This document shows positions 42,571 through 51,492 of a DNA stretch of 51,492 nt, one piece after another (positions within the stretch are counted from its first letter, which is position 1; the number at the start of each line of letters is the position of its first letter). Source of the DNA: Nautiliaceae bacterium (GTDB lineage Bacteria; Campylobacterota; Campylobacteria; Campylobacterales; Nautiliaceae); NCBI GenBank assembly GCA_039831155.1, contig JBDONT010000002.1, positions 1 to 51,492 on the forward strand, read 5' to 3'. Made by a program: the position numbers and the translations under genes. The notes beneath the pieces are model-generated. The model worked only from the letters and a program-made list of their open reading frames with translations. It made no database searches and had not been told where the DNA came from.

Positions 42571-43586
42571 CAATTTCCTTCATACACATAATATAATACC
42601 CCGTCTTTTTCAGCCTTTTGCATCATCTCAAGAGCGTGTTGTAAAATAGAGTCGACCTCATCTTCAATTTTAATTTCAACTATTCCGGAAACTATTTGAA
42701 TAGTTATCTCCTCACCTTCTAAAAATATTGCCGAATTCGTAATAATATCGGAAAGCCTCTCCACCGTCCTGCAAGCTCCTATCCTATCGGTATGTTTTAA
42801 AAGCATACCAAAAACCCCATCTCCCAAATGAGCAACAATATCGGTTCTTCTTGAAGTTTTAAGCATAATTTTAGCCACACTTCTATTAAGAAGAATTTTT
42901 GATTTTTCCGACTTAAGAGCATTTATAATCTCATCAGTTATCTTTAAAAGCACTACACTACTATTATGTTTAAATTTTTCAATTAATTTCGTTTCTTTCT
43001 TTACTTCTCTTAAAAAGAAGTTTTTATTATAAATCCCGTATCTGGAATCAAAAAACGAATTTGATTCAATGTCTTTTAAAATTTCCACATTTTTAGAATA
43101 GAGTCTTTTAATTTGGCTAAGTTCTTTTTCAAGTTTTTCGTGCATTTTTCCTAATCTTTCTTCAAAACTTTGAAGAAGTTTTTCAAAAAGTTTAGGATTG
43201 GCTACATACGCAGTTTCATTTTTGTATTTATTAAAAATCTCTTTTATAGCTTGAGAATTTTTATACAAAATAGCGGTATGTTGAAGCAGTTCTTTTGAAT
43301 ATTTAAAAGAGCGTTTCAGTTTTTTTTCTATTTCCAAATCTTTTTCAAGTTCATTGGTCTCTTCTAAAGAGATATACTCATAAACCTGTTTTCTAAAACT
43401 TTCCGGCTCTTCGTCAAGCAGATTAAAAAAATAGATTTTATAGTAATAAGGAATAGGAGGAACACCCTCTTCTATAAGTTTGTCAAATACTTTTTTTGCA
43501 AACTCTTCAAGAGGAGTCGAAACCTCATTTAATCCGGCAACAACATTGCTAGATGTTGAAAGTTTACTGTTTTTTTCCTTAATCAT
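42570..43586 (-). CDS. Degenerate GGDEF-domain protein
   Basis: C-terminal GGDEF fold (FDSRYGIYNK, RRTDIVAHLGDGVF, SGI); A-site is not canonical. Confidence 0.8.
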   Translation of the reverse strand: MIKEKNSKLSTSSNVVAGLNEVSTPLEEFAKKVFDKLIEEGVPPIPYYYKIYFFNLLDEEPESFRKQVYEYISLEETNELEKDLEIEKKLKRSFKYSKELLQHTAILYKNSQAIKEIFNKYKNETAYVANPKLFEKLLQSFEERLGKMHEKLEKELSQIKRLYSKNVEILKDIESNSFFDSRYGIYNKNFFLREVKKETKLIEKFKHNSSVVLLKITDEIINALKSEKSKILLNRSVAKIMLKTSRRTDIVAHLGDGVFGMLLKHTDRIGACRTVERLSDIITNSAIFLEGEEITIQIVSGIVEIKIEDEVDSILQHALEMMQKAEKDGVLYYVYEGN

Positions 43587-44176
43587 TAGCTATCTCTTTT
43601 TTTTAGTACCTTATCTATAAGTCCGTATTTTAGTGCTTCTTCAGCACTCATAAAAAAGTCTCTTTCCGTGTCTTTTTCTATTTTTTTAACACTTTGACCC
43701 GTATTTTCAGCCAAAATTTTATTCAACTCTTTTTTCATTCTTAAAATCTCTTTTGCGTGAATCTCAATATCAGTCGCCTGACCTTGAGCCCCACCCAAAG
43801 GCTGATGTATCATAATTCTGGCATGAGGCAAGGCGAATCTTTTCCCTTTTTCACCGCTGCTTAAAAGAAAAGCCCCCATACTGGCAGCCTGTCCCATACA
43901 AATCGTTACTACATCCGGTTTTATATAATTCATAGTATCGTAAATCGCAAACCCACTTGTTACAACCCCACCAGGGGAATTGATATAAAGATAAATATCT
44001 TTTTCCGGGTTTTCAGCTTCTAAAAATAACATTTGAGCGACAATTATACTTGCTACGTGGTCGTTAATTTCTCCCTGTAGCATAATGATTCTGTCTTTAA
44101 GAAGACGAGAATATATATCGTAAGCCCTCTCGCCTCTTCCGGTTTTTTCAATTACGGTAGGAATTAAAATACTCAT
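43586..44176 (-). CDS. clpP: ATP-dependent Clp protease proteolytic subunit
   Basis: [26 protein letters not shown]. Confidence 0.98.
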   Translation of the reverse strand: MSILIPTVIEKTGRGERAYDIYSRLLKDRIIMLQGEINDHVASIIVAQMLFLEAENPEKDIYLYINSPGGVVTSGFAIYDTMNYIKPDVVTICMGQAASMGAFLLSSGEKGKRFALPHARIMIHQPLGGAQGQATDIEIHAKEILRMKKELNKILAENTGQSVKKIEKDTERDFFMSAEEALKYGLIDKVLKKRDS

Positions 44177-45462
44177 TAATTACCTTTTACTTTATCCTCT
44201 AATAGTTTGTTTAGAAGTTTGTCTTCGATTAAATTCATTTTAATAACCGGTAATAAATTGTTCTCCTCATAATATTTTACCACATCTTGAGGATTTTGTC
44301 CTTGCATAATAGCTTCATAATAAAGAATTTGTGTAAGTTCTTGGTCAGATACGTCAACTCCCTCTTTTTTAGCAATAGCATCGATAATAAACGTTAATTT
44401 TACCCTATCTTTTGCTTCCGGAAGAAGTTTTTCTTTTAGTTCTTTTACTTTTTGAGGATTTTCTTGAAGCTCTTTAAGTTCAGCCGGTGTCATTTTAGCA
44501 GCTTCGTTGTTAATCATAATTTCAACTTCTTTTTCTACGATACTTTCCGGTAAATCAATATCGTATTTTTTAACCAAACATTCAAGAATTTCTTGTTTTT
44601 TAGGTGCAAAAATTTCTACTTTTTTTCTGTTTTCAATTGCAGATTTAATACTCTCTTTTAGAGTCTCTAATGTCGCATTTTCGTCATTTAAGTATTTTTT
44701 AGCTAAGTCGTCATTAATTTCAGCCGGTACTTTTTCTTGAATTTCTTGAAGAGTTACTTCAAATTCAGCTTCTTTTCCTGCAATCTCTTTTGCTCCGTAG
44801 TTTTCAGGGAACGTAACTTTGATTTTTCTTGTTTCTCCAACTCTCATACCAACAAGCTGCTCTTCAAATCCAGGGATAAAACTTCCACTTCCTATTTCAA
44901 GAGGATAAGCCTCAGCACTTCCGTTTTCCATAGGTTTTCCGTCGATATATCCTTTAAAGTCGATTACTGCGGTATCTCCGTTTTCTAATGTTTCTTTATC
45001 AGAAACTTTTGCTTGAGCGAAACTTTTAGCGATATTTTTAAGTTCCTCTTCAATCTCTTCTTCAGTCACACTAGGAATTTCAACTTCCGGTACGCACTCT
45101 TTATATTCATCCCCTATTTCAATTTCCGGTCTTGTGTATACTTTAATTTCTACTTCGATTTTATCGTCTTTTTTGTCAAATTTAGTTACTTCAGGTTCTG
45201 CTATCATTTCACTTATGTTAAGTTCTTTTAAACCTTTATCCAACACTTCTCTAATAGCTTCGGAAATAGCGTCTTGTTCGATCTGGTCTGCGTACATTTT
45301 TTTAACAACTTTTACAGGCACTTTTCCGGGTCTGAAACCTTGAATTTTAACTTTTTTTGCAATCTCTTTTGCAATTTTTTCTTTTTTCGTTTCCAACTCT
45401 TGATTTTCGATTGTTGCTTTGATTATACTATTAGCCGAATCAATTTTTTTTGCTTCTAACAT
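44176..45462 (-). CDS. tig: Trigger factor
   Basis: [12 protein letters not shown] domain [11 protein letters not shown]; the ATG at 45462 follows AAGGA. Confidence 0.96.
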   Translation of the reverse strand: MLEAKKIDSANSIIKATIENQELETKKEKIAKEIAKKVKIQGFRPGKVPVKVVKKMYADQIEQDAISEAIREVLDKGLKELNISEMIAEPEVTKFDKKDDKIEVEIKVYTRPEIEIGDEYKECVPEVEIPSVTEEEIEEELKNIAKSFAQAKVSDKETLENGDTAVIDFKGYIDGKPMENGSAEAYPLEIGSGSFIPGFEEQLVGMRVGETRKIKVTFPENYGAKEIAGKEAEFEVTLQEIQEKVPAEINDDLAKKYLNDENATLETLKESIKSAIENRKKVEIFAPKKQEILECLVKKYDIDLPESIVEKEVEIMINNEAAKMTPAELKELQENPQKVKELKEKLLPEAKDRVKLTFIIDAIAKKEGVDVSDQELTQILYYEAIMQGQNPQDVVKYYEENNLLPVIKMNLIEDKLLNKLLEDKVKGN

Positions 45463-45481
45463 TAAAATCCTTTTTTTTAAG

Positions 45482-45493
45482 GGTATAATACCA
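45482..45493. promoter_or_regulatory. Bidirectional -10 element shared by tig and folE
   Basis: GGTAT-A-ATACC palindrome: TATAAT on +, TGGTATTAT on -. Confidence 0.6.
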
Positions 45494-45512
45494 AAAATTT
45501 TAAAGGATAACA

Positions 45513-46091
45513 ATGAGCGTAGATTTAGAAAAACTTGAACTTGCAGCCAAAATGATACTTGAAGCTATAGGTGAAGACGTAAACAGAGACGGACTTATTA
45601 AAACACCAAAAAGAGTTGCAAAAAGCTTTGAATACTTATGCAGTGGATATTTCAAAGACCCGAAAGAGGTTTTAAATGACGCCCTTTTCGAAAGTACAAA
45701 TAACGAAATGGTAGTAGTAAGAAACATAGAATTTTACTCTATGTGCGAACATCATATATTGCCTTTTTTCGGAAGAGTTCACGTAGCTTACATTCCGGAC
45801 AAAAAAGTAGTAGGCTTAAGTAAAATTCCAAGAATGGTAAACGTATTTGCAAGACGCCTTCAAATCCAAGAACAGTTAACAGAACAAATCGCAGATGCGA
45901 TTATGGAAGTCGTTCAGCCAAAAGGAGTCGGAGTCGTTATTCACGCAAGACATATGTGTATGGAAATGAGAGGGGTTGAGACCAAACACTCTTATACATC
46001 AAGCTCCGCACTTAGAGGTGTTTTTTTAAAAGAAAAAACAAGAGAAGAGTTTTTTAATATAATAAACGCACCGCTTCAAACACATTTTTAA
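45513..46091 (+). CDS. folE: GTP cyclohydrolase I
   Basis: [30 protein letters not shown]. Confidence 0.97.
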   Translation: MSVDLEKLELAAKMILEAIGEDVNRDGLIKTPKRVAKSFEYLCSGYFKDPKEVLNDALFESTNNEMVVVRNIEFYSMCEHHILPFFGRVHVAYIPDKKVVGLSKIPRMVNVFARRLQIQEQLTEQIADAIMEVVQPKGVGVVIHARHMCMEMRGVETKHSYTSSSALRGVFLKEKTREEFFNIINAPLQTHF

Positions 46092-46099
46092 GGAAATTA

Positions 46100-47401
46100 A
46101 TGGCTCTTAGCGACATAAAAAACAAACTAAAAAAAACAACACTTTCAAAACCGTTTGGAGTAATTAAAAAAATTACCCCCACAGCCCTTATAGCTCAAGG
46201 GCTAACCCCTTCTATAGGAGATATAGTAAAAATAGTCTCTTCCAATCACCAAATTTTAGGAATGGTAACAAGCCTTGATGAAAATCAGTTTACCGTTACC
46301 CCTTTTTCTTTTTTGGAAGGATTTAAAACCGGAGATAAAATCTATCTTGACGAAAACGGAATGCAAATCCCGGTAGGCAAAGGACTTTTAGGAAGGGTTG
46401 TTAACCCGTTTATGAATCCAATTGACGGAAAAGGTGAAATAGAATTTGATACAAAATACCCTATAATGAGAAAGCCTATTTCTCCTTTAAAAAGAGGGGT
46501 AATTAACGAAGTATTTGAGACTAAAGTAAAAACGATAGACGGCCTTTTAACGTGTGGGAAAGGCCAAAAACTCGGAATTTTTGCAGGAAGTGGGGTTGGA
46601 AAATCAACGCTTATGAGTATGATTGTAAAAGGAGCCGATGCTGAAATTAAGGTAATTGCTTTAATAGGAGAAAGAGGTCGCGAAATTCCAGAATTTATAG
46701 AACAAAACTTAGGTGGAGACTTGACTAACACCGTATTGATAGTAGCAACAAGCGACGATTCGGCTTTAATGAGAAAATACGGGGCTTTTTCTGCTATGGC
46801 AGTTGCGGAATATTTCAAAGACCAAAATAAAGACGTTTTATTTTTAATGGACAGCGTAACACGCTTTGCTATGGCCCAAAGAGAAATCGGACTTGCTATG
46901 GGAGAACCACCAACTTCTAAAGGTTACCCTCCAAGTGCTATTATGCTATTACCTCAACTTATGGAAAGAGCCGGAAAAGAGAAAGACAAAGGCTCAATTA
47001 CCGCATTTTTTACGGTCCTGGTAGAAGGAGACGATACATCAGCCGATCCTATAGCCGACCAGGCTCGTTCTATTTTAGACGGACATATAATTTTAAGCAG
47101 AGAACTAACCGACAATGGTATTTATCCTCCTATTAATATATTAAATTCGGCAAGCAGGGTTATGAACAATGTAGTAACCCAAGAACACTTACAAAAAGCC
47201 CAAAAATTTAAAAAACTCTATTCCCTTTTAAAAGAAAATGAAGTCTTAATAAGAATAGGAGCCTACCAAAAAGGTGTAGACCCCGAACTTGACGAAGCCA
47301 TAAACAAAAAACAGGCTATGGAAAACTTCCTAAAACAAACTCCCGACGAATTAATACCTTTTAACCAAACTTTAGCTTTATTGAACCGAATTATTGTGTA
47401 A
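46100..47401 (+). CDS. fliI: Flagellar export ATPase
   Basis: GSGVGKST, LIGERGRE, DSVTRFAMAQREIGL. Confidence 0.96.
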   Translation: MALSDIKNKLKKTTLSKPFGVIKKITPTALIAQGLTPSIGDIVKIVSSNHQILGMVTSLDENQFTVTPFSFLEGFKTGDKIYLDENGMQIPVGKGLLGRVVNPFMNPIDGKGEIEFDTKYPIMRKPISPLKRGVINEVFETKVKTIDGLLTCGKGQKLGIFAGSGVGKSTLMSMIVKGADAEIKVIALIGERGREIPEFIEQNLGGDLTNTVLIVATSDDSALMRKYGAFSAMAVAEYFKDQNKDVLFLMDSVTRFAMAQREIGLAMGEPPTSKGYPPSAIMLLPQLMERAGKEKDKGSITAFFTVLVEGDDTSADPIADQARSILDGHIILSRELTDNGIYPPINILNSASRVMNNVVTQEHLQKAQKFKKLYSLLKENEVLIRIGAYQKGVDPELDEAINKKQAMENFLKQTPDELIPFNQTLALLNRIIV

Positions 47402-47454
47402 TTTCTTTTAAATATATTATAATTTAACAAAAAAATTTTATACAAAGAGAAGAC

Positions 47455-49926
47455 ATGGATTTTCAACAAATTTTAGAAGTTTTTGATAATCAACCTTATG
47501 TTGCGGTAATGATTTACAAAGAAAAAATAATTTATTCAAATAAAAAACTCCAAAAACTTATAGGTTATTCCGAAAAAGAAATTTTAAATATGTCTCCGGA
47601 AGAAATATTTCCGGATAGTAAAATCAAAAACAAAATAAAAGAAATTGTTCGCAAAAGATTAAAAGGAGAACTTTTCCCTGCAATTTATGAACCTTTACAA
47701 TTAAAAAACAAATACAACAAAAGATTACTCGTTAAATTTTTTACTCAAACGGTTAAATTGGAAGACGGTTCTTATGCCGGTTTGGTTTTCGGGATAGACA
47801 TAACCAACGAATATAAAAAAGAATTCTTAATAGAAATATTAAAAGATATTAATCAAACGATAATTACGAAAGAAAGCGAAAAAGAGATTTTCGAAAATAT
47901 AATCAAAAATATTTATAAAAAAGGGAATTACCAATTCGTATGTGCTTCTATAAAAAAAGAAAACGAAATAGATATGGAACCTAAATACTATATAGGAAAA
48001 TACAAAAAAGATTTTCCTAGTATGTTAAAAAATTTTTTTAAAATAGATAAAGCTTATGCCGATAAATGTCTAGCTACCGCAGCGGTAATAAATAATAAAT
48101 TCTTAATCATTAACAACATAGAAAAAGTAAAATTTACGAATCAAGAATTAATAAATATACTAAAAGAACAAAATTTCAAATCGATTTTACTTTTTCCTAT
48201 TTTAAAAAACAATGAAATATACGCTACTATAGGAATCTATTCAAAATATATGGAAGATTTTGATAAGCTTTCGATTTCAATTTTTCAAGAAGCGAAACAA
48301 GATATGGAATTTGCTTTAAAAAGAATGGAAAATATGTCTTATCTAAAACTTCTTCAAGAAACTTTAGATAAAACATATTCATGGATAGTGATAACGGATG
48401 AAAACGCTAATATCTTATATGCAAACAAAAGCGTAGAAGAAATTACGGGTTATAAACAAAAAGAACTCTTAAATAAAAATCCGAACATATTTAAATCCGG
48501 ATTTCATTCGGAAGACTTTTATAAAAAAATGTGGGAAAAATTAAATAATAACGAAATAGTCGAAACTATATTAATCAATAAAAATAAAGAAGGAAAATTA
48601 TTCTATTTAAAAGATAAAATCATACCGGTAATAACAAACGACGGAAAAAAATATTATATATCTTTGGCAATAGACATAACTCACGAAAAAAATTTACAAA
48701 AAAAACTTACTAAAGATACGGTAACCAATCTTCCAAATAGACACGAATTTATTAATTTAATAAAAAATCACATCCATAACAAAGAAACGTATGCTTGTAT
48801 GGTTATAGATATAAAAGATTTTAAAATCTTCAACCAATTACACGGAAATGAAGCGGGAGATTATCTACTAAAAAAATTTTCTCTTTTTTTAAAAACGATT
48901 TTTGATAAAGAAAATATAATAGCAAGAATAGGAGGAGACGAATTCGGCGTATTTTTAAAATATCGTTCCATCAGCGAACTTGAAGCCATAATCAGACAAG
49001 TAATTAATAAAATAAAAAATTTACAAGAGTTTCATAACAAAATTTCAATTAATATAGGAATTTCCCTATATCCTAAAGACTCTACAAATATTACGGAATT
49101 ATTAGAAAAAGCTTTCTTAGCATTAGAATTAGCAAAAGAAAAAGGTGATTTTTCATATGAATTTTTTAATTCCGATATTAATAAAAAAATATTAGAGTAT
49201 TCGGATATTAAAAATTTACTATTAAAAGCCATTAAAAACAAATCTTTTATTTATCATTTTCAACCTTATGTAAACGCAAATACGTTTCAAATAGCGGGAG
49301 CCGAAACGTTATTAAGAATAAAAAACGAAAACAAAATAATATATCCTAATCAATTTATAGATTATGCGGAAAATAGCGGTTATATAAAAGAAATAGAAAA
49401 AATTATGTTCCCTAAATTTTTAAATTATTTAAAAGAAATTCGAATACCGCTTTCTTTTAATATTTCCGGCAAGTCGCTTACTGATAAAGAGCATATAGAA
49501 AATCTCTTTAAAAATACAAATAATTTACCTATAATTATTGAATTAACCGAGAGAGAAATTGCCGGAAATATAGAATATACTAAAGAAATCTTCGATTATT
49601 TTAAAAATAAAAATTTTAAATTATCAATTGACGATTTCGGTACGGGATATTCTTCTTTAACATATTTAAAAGATTTACCGACAGACTATATTAAAATAGA
49701 TATGTCTTTTATTAAAAATATAGAAAAATCTGATAAAGATTTGGCTATTGTAGAAACAATTATAAATTTTGCTCATAAATTTAAATTAAAAACTATAGCC
49801 GAAGGAATAGAAACCGAACAACAAATAAAAATACTTCAAAAACTTAAATGCGATTATTTACAAGGATATTATTTTGCAAAACCGATGTCTTTTGAAAATT
49901 TAAAAAATTTTTTAAAGAACTCTTGA
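47455..49926 (+). CDS. PAS-GAF-PAS-GGDEF-EAL c-di-GMP enzyme
   Basis: Two PAS-like regions, a GAF-like middle, ARIGGDEF, ETLLR, DDFGTGYSSL, AEGIE, QGYY. Confidence 0.92.
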   Translation: MDFQQILEVFDNQPYVAVMIYKEKIIYSNKKLQKLIGYSEKEILNMSPEEIFPDSKIKNKIKEIVRKRLKGELFPAIYEPLQLKNKYNKRLLVKFFTQTVKLEDGSYAGLVFGIDITNEYKKEFLIEILKDINQTIITKESEKEIFENIIKNIYKKGNYQFVCASIKKENEIDMEPKYYIGKYKKDFPSMLKNFFKIDKAYADKCLATAAVINNKFLIINNIEKVKFTNQELINILKEQNFKSILLFPILKNNEIYATIGIYSKYMEDFDKLSISIFQEAKQDMEFALKRMENMSYLKLLQETLDKTYSWIVITDENANILYANKSVEEITGYKQKELLNKNPNIFKSGFHSEDFYKKMWEKLNNNEIVETILINKNKEGKLFYLKDKIIPVITNDGKKYYISLAIDITHEKNLQKKLTKDTVTNLPNRHEFINLIKNHIHNKETYACMVIDIKDFKIFNQLHGNEAGDYLLKKFSLFLKTIFDKENIIARIGGDEFGVFLKYRSISELEAIIRQVINKIKNLQEFHNKISINIGISLYPKDSTNITELLEKAFLALELAKEKGDFSYEFFNSDINKKILEYSDIKNLLLKAIKNKSFIYHFQPYVNANTFQIAGAETLLRIKNENKIIYPNQFIDYAENSGYIKEIEKIMFPKFLNYLKEIRIPLSFNISGKSLTDKEHIENLFKNTNNLPIIIELTEREIAGNIEYTKEIFDYFKNKNFKLSIDDFGTGYSSLTYLKDLPTDYIKIDMSFIKNIEKSDKDLAIVETIINFAHKFKLKTIAEGIETEQQIKILQKLKCDYLQGYYFAKPMSFENLKNFLKNS

Positions 49927-49951
49927 CAAAAAAAATTTTTTTTCATATAAT
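49923..49951 (+). promoter_or_regulatory. Consensus sigma70 promoter of the tRNA operon
   Basis: TTGACA (49923-49928) -17 nt- TATAAT (49946-49951). Confidence 0.9.
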
Positions 49952-49966
49952 TTCAATCCACAACGA

Positions 49967-50044
49967 CGGAGTGTAGCGCAGTTTGGTTAGCGCACCTGGT
50001 TTGGGACCAGGGGGTCGGGGGTTCGAGTCCCTCCACTCCGACCA
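49967..50044 (+). tRNA. tRNA-Pro(TGG)
   Basis: Cloverleaf; anticodon arm CCTGG-TT TGG GA-CCAGG; encoded CCA. Confidence 0.97.
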
Positions 50045-50089
50045 TCTAAAACCCATTATAAGTGAGTAGCTTTTGAGCCACCCACTTGT

Positions 50090-50167
50090 GGTGGGCGTAG
50101 CTCAGCTGGTTAGAGCACCAGGTTGTGGCCCTGGGGGTCGCCGGTTCAAGTCCGGTCGTCCACCCCA
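50090..50167 (+). tRNA. tRNA-His(GTG)
   Basis: Arm CCAGG-TT GTG GC-CCTGG; G-1 and C discriminator; CCA. Confidence 0.97.
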
Positions 50168-50184
50168 TTGCTTTATCTAATTAA

Positions 50185-50261
50185 GCGTCCGTAGCTTAAT
50201 TGGATAGAGCAACGGACTTCGGATCCGTAGGTTGTAGGTTCGAGTCCTACCGGACGCACCA
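50185..50261 (+). tRNA. tRNA-Arg(TCG)
   Basis: Arm ACGGA-CT TCG GA-TCCGT; CCA. Confidence 0.97.
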
Positions 50262-50283
50262 ACAATCAAAAGCTCTCAAATAA

Positions 50284-50360
50284 GCGCCCTTAGCTCAGCT
50301 GGATAGAGCAACGGCCTTCTAAGCCGTAGGTCGCAGGTTCGAGTCCTGCAGGGCGTACCA
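50284..50360 (+). tRNA. tRNA-Arg(TCT)
   Basis: Arm ACGGC-CT TCT AA-GCCGT; CCA. Confidence 0.97.
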
Positions 50361-50385
50361 CTTTTATCATAAATTTCTCCTAAAT

Positions 50386-50470
50386 GCGGGAGTGGCGGAA
50401 CTGGCAGACGCGCCAGACTTAGGATCTGGTGCCGCAAGGCGTGGAGGTTCGAGTCCTCTCTCCCGCACCA
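50386..50470 (+). tRNA. tRNA-Leu(TAG)
   Basis: Arm CCAGA-CT TAG GA-TCTGG; long variable arm; CCA. Confidence 0.97.
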
Positions 50471-50524
50471 TTTGTTCATCTAAAATCCCCATAAATTCGG
50501 TAATCTGAAAAAAATCCTTTAAAT

Positions 50525-50548
50525 CATACCCAGTAACATACCCAATAA
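50525..50548. repeat. Tandem 12-bp direct repeat CATACCCA(G/A)TAA x2
   Basis: CATACCCAGTAA 50525-50536 and CATACCCAATAA 50537-50548. Confidence 0.85.
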
Positions 50549-50646
50549 ATAAAATGTTAAATGATTTTAGTAATGATAGATTCAATATGAAGTTTATTGA
50601 AGTCACTTAAAAGATAAGTAGATAACCATATTATATCAAATCCTAT

Positions 50647-50831
50647 CAAAGAGACAATAAGACATAAGACACAACAATAAAATCTCCTATTTTAGAGAGT
50701 TTTATAAAAAAACCTTTACTTAATACATTAGAGACATTTCCAAACTATTGTCTCTAATGTCTATAAATTAATTTTGATAAAAATATCCTAAAAATAGAAG
50801 AAAAATCATATTGTCTATTGTCTCTTTGTCT
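50647..50831. repeat. Mirror-symmetric AGACA/TGTCT repeat array (candidate replication origin)
   Basis: AGACA at 50652, 50660, 50667, 50732; TGTCT at 50749, 50758, 50812, 50819, 50827; central perfect 12-bp inverted repeat 50725-50736 / 50749-50760. Confidence 0.85.
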
Positions 50832-51492
50832 TCTTATAAATCTTAACGCTTCTTTTATCTTTAACAAGTTTATACTTATCAGAATATTGCTTAATATAAG
50901 TTTCAACAATGATTTTAGTTTCTGATGCAGAAATTTTTAAAGGTTTATATATTTCTCTTAAAGTGCAACTTCCATTTTTATTAAGAAGCTCATTCATTTT
51001 TTCAATAACTCTATTCTCTAATTCTTCTTGCATTAAATCTTTATAATTTAAAATTTCATCAATTAAATTATCATAATTTGTAAGAAAAGTATTCATATAC
51101 TCTATTGCCAGTTCAATTATAGAGTTGTCAATTATTGGACTAAAATTACCTTTATAATAACAATTTAAAAAATGTAATGTATATAAAACAGCATCTGTAT
51201 TTTGCATTACTCTAACATATAGATTTGCAAATGGATTTTTAGTTTTTAAAAGTTCTATTTTTTTATTGTGTATATCCCTTTTAAAAGAACAATACCAGCT
51301 ATTATCGTGAAATGAATTATCAATATATTTTAACTTTAAACTTTCCTCTCTTGTAAAAGAAATAATATTCTCCCCCAAAAGTCAAGACAATTTTTGAAAA
51401 ATTTTAATTCTTTTTGCGGATTTAACATTTTAAGCCACTTTTCTAAAGATTTTAATATTTTGATTTTCAGGTTTATTGTTTTTTAACCACTC
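50815..51492 (-). pseudogene. 3' part of a probable DUF3987/YfjI-like replication helicase, apparently frameshifted
   Basis: The 187-aa frame has no evident RBS and shows an AAA-lid-like segment (YVRV...LHF...I...IIELAIEYM) plus a winged-helix-like end (TLREIYK); the upstream coding-like sequence alternates between frames. Confidence 0.5.

Larger units (their letters stand above)
50471..51492. mobile_element. Probable end of an integrative element (phage satellite or island) inserted at tRNA-Leu; continues past the window
   Basis: Starts at the tRNA 3' end; very AT-rich; arm-site-like tandem repeat, iteron array and helicase-like gene. No integrase lies within the window. Confidence 0.6.

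Noticed and set aside
50185-50261. tRNA-Arg with TCG rather than ACG anticodon
   Set aside because: This is the normal CGN decoding strategy in Campylobacterota, so it is not novel
50276-50606. ORFs 50276-50479 and 50367-50606 on the minus strand
   Set aside because: They are antisense translations of tRNA genes
50525-50831. Repeats considered as a CRISPR array
   Set aside because: Units are 5-13 bp, mostly inverted, with no repeat-spacer periodicity and no cas genes

Overview
AT-rich chromosomal segment of a Campylobacterota (epsilonproteobacterial) genome. The gene order and protein style suggest a deep-sea Nautiliaceae-type organism, which is an inference. Most of the window is housekeeping: the edge of a polysaccharide locus (wbpO/tviB-like, comEA, ugd), tsaC-fliJ-purA-hisZ-aminotransferase-tkt-ispA-ybaB-panD, murE/nifU, the rpmJ-rpsM-rpsK-rpsD-rpoA-rplQ operon, a sigma54-driven flgB-flgC-fliE-ftsI-mscS block divergent from ftsW-murG, a large ADP-heptose/LPS-core cluster with five GT9 genes and an O-antigen ligase, msbA, nnr, comM, def, clpP, tig, folE, fliI, a PAS-GAF-PAS-GGDEF-EAL gene and a five-tRNA operon. 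Four things stand out. (1) Two paralogous micro-cassettes, each a ~80-aa two-TM protein plus a 26-29-aa hydrophobic peptide missing from the ORF track, sit inside unrelated operons through start/stop overlaps. (2) A long structured leader precedes rpmJ. (3) A degenerate GGDEF protein with an intact I-site is translationally coupled to clpP. (4) A probable integrative element begins right after tRNA-Leu, with a tandem 12-bp repeat, a mirror-symmetric AGACA/TGTCT iteron array resembling a satellite replication origin, and a frameshifted helicase-like gene. All calls come from reading the sequence; no searches were run.
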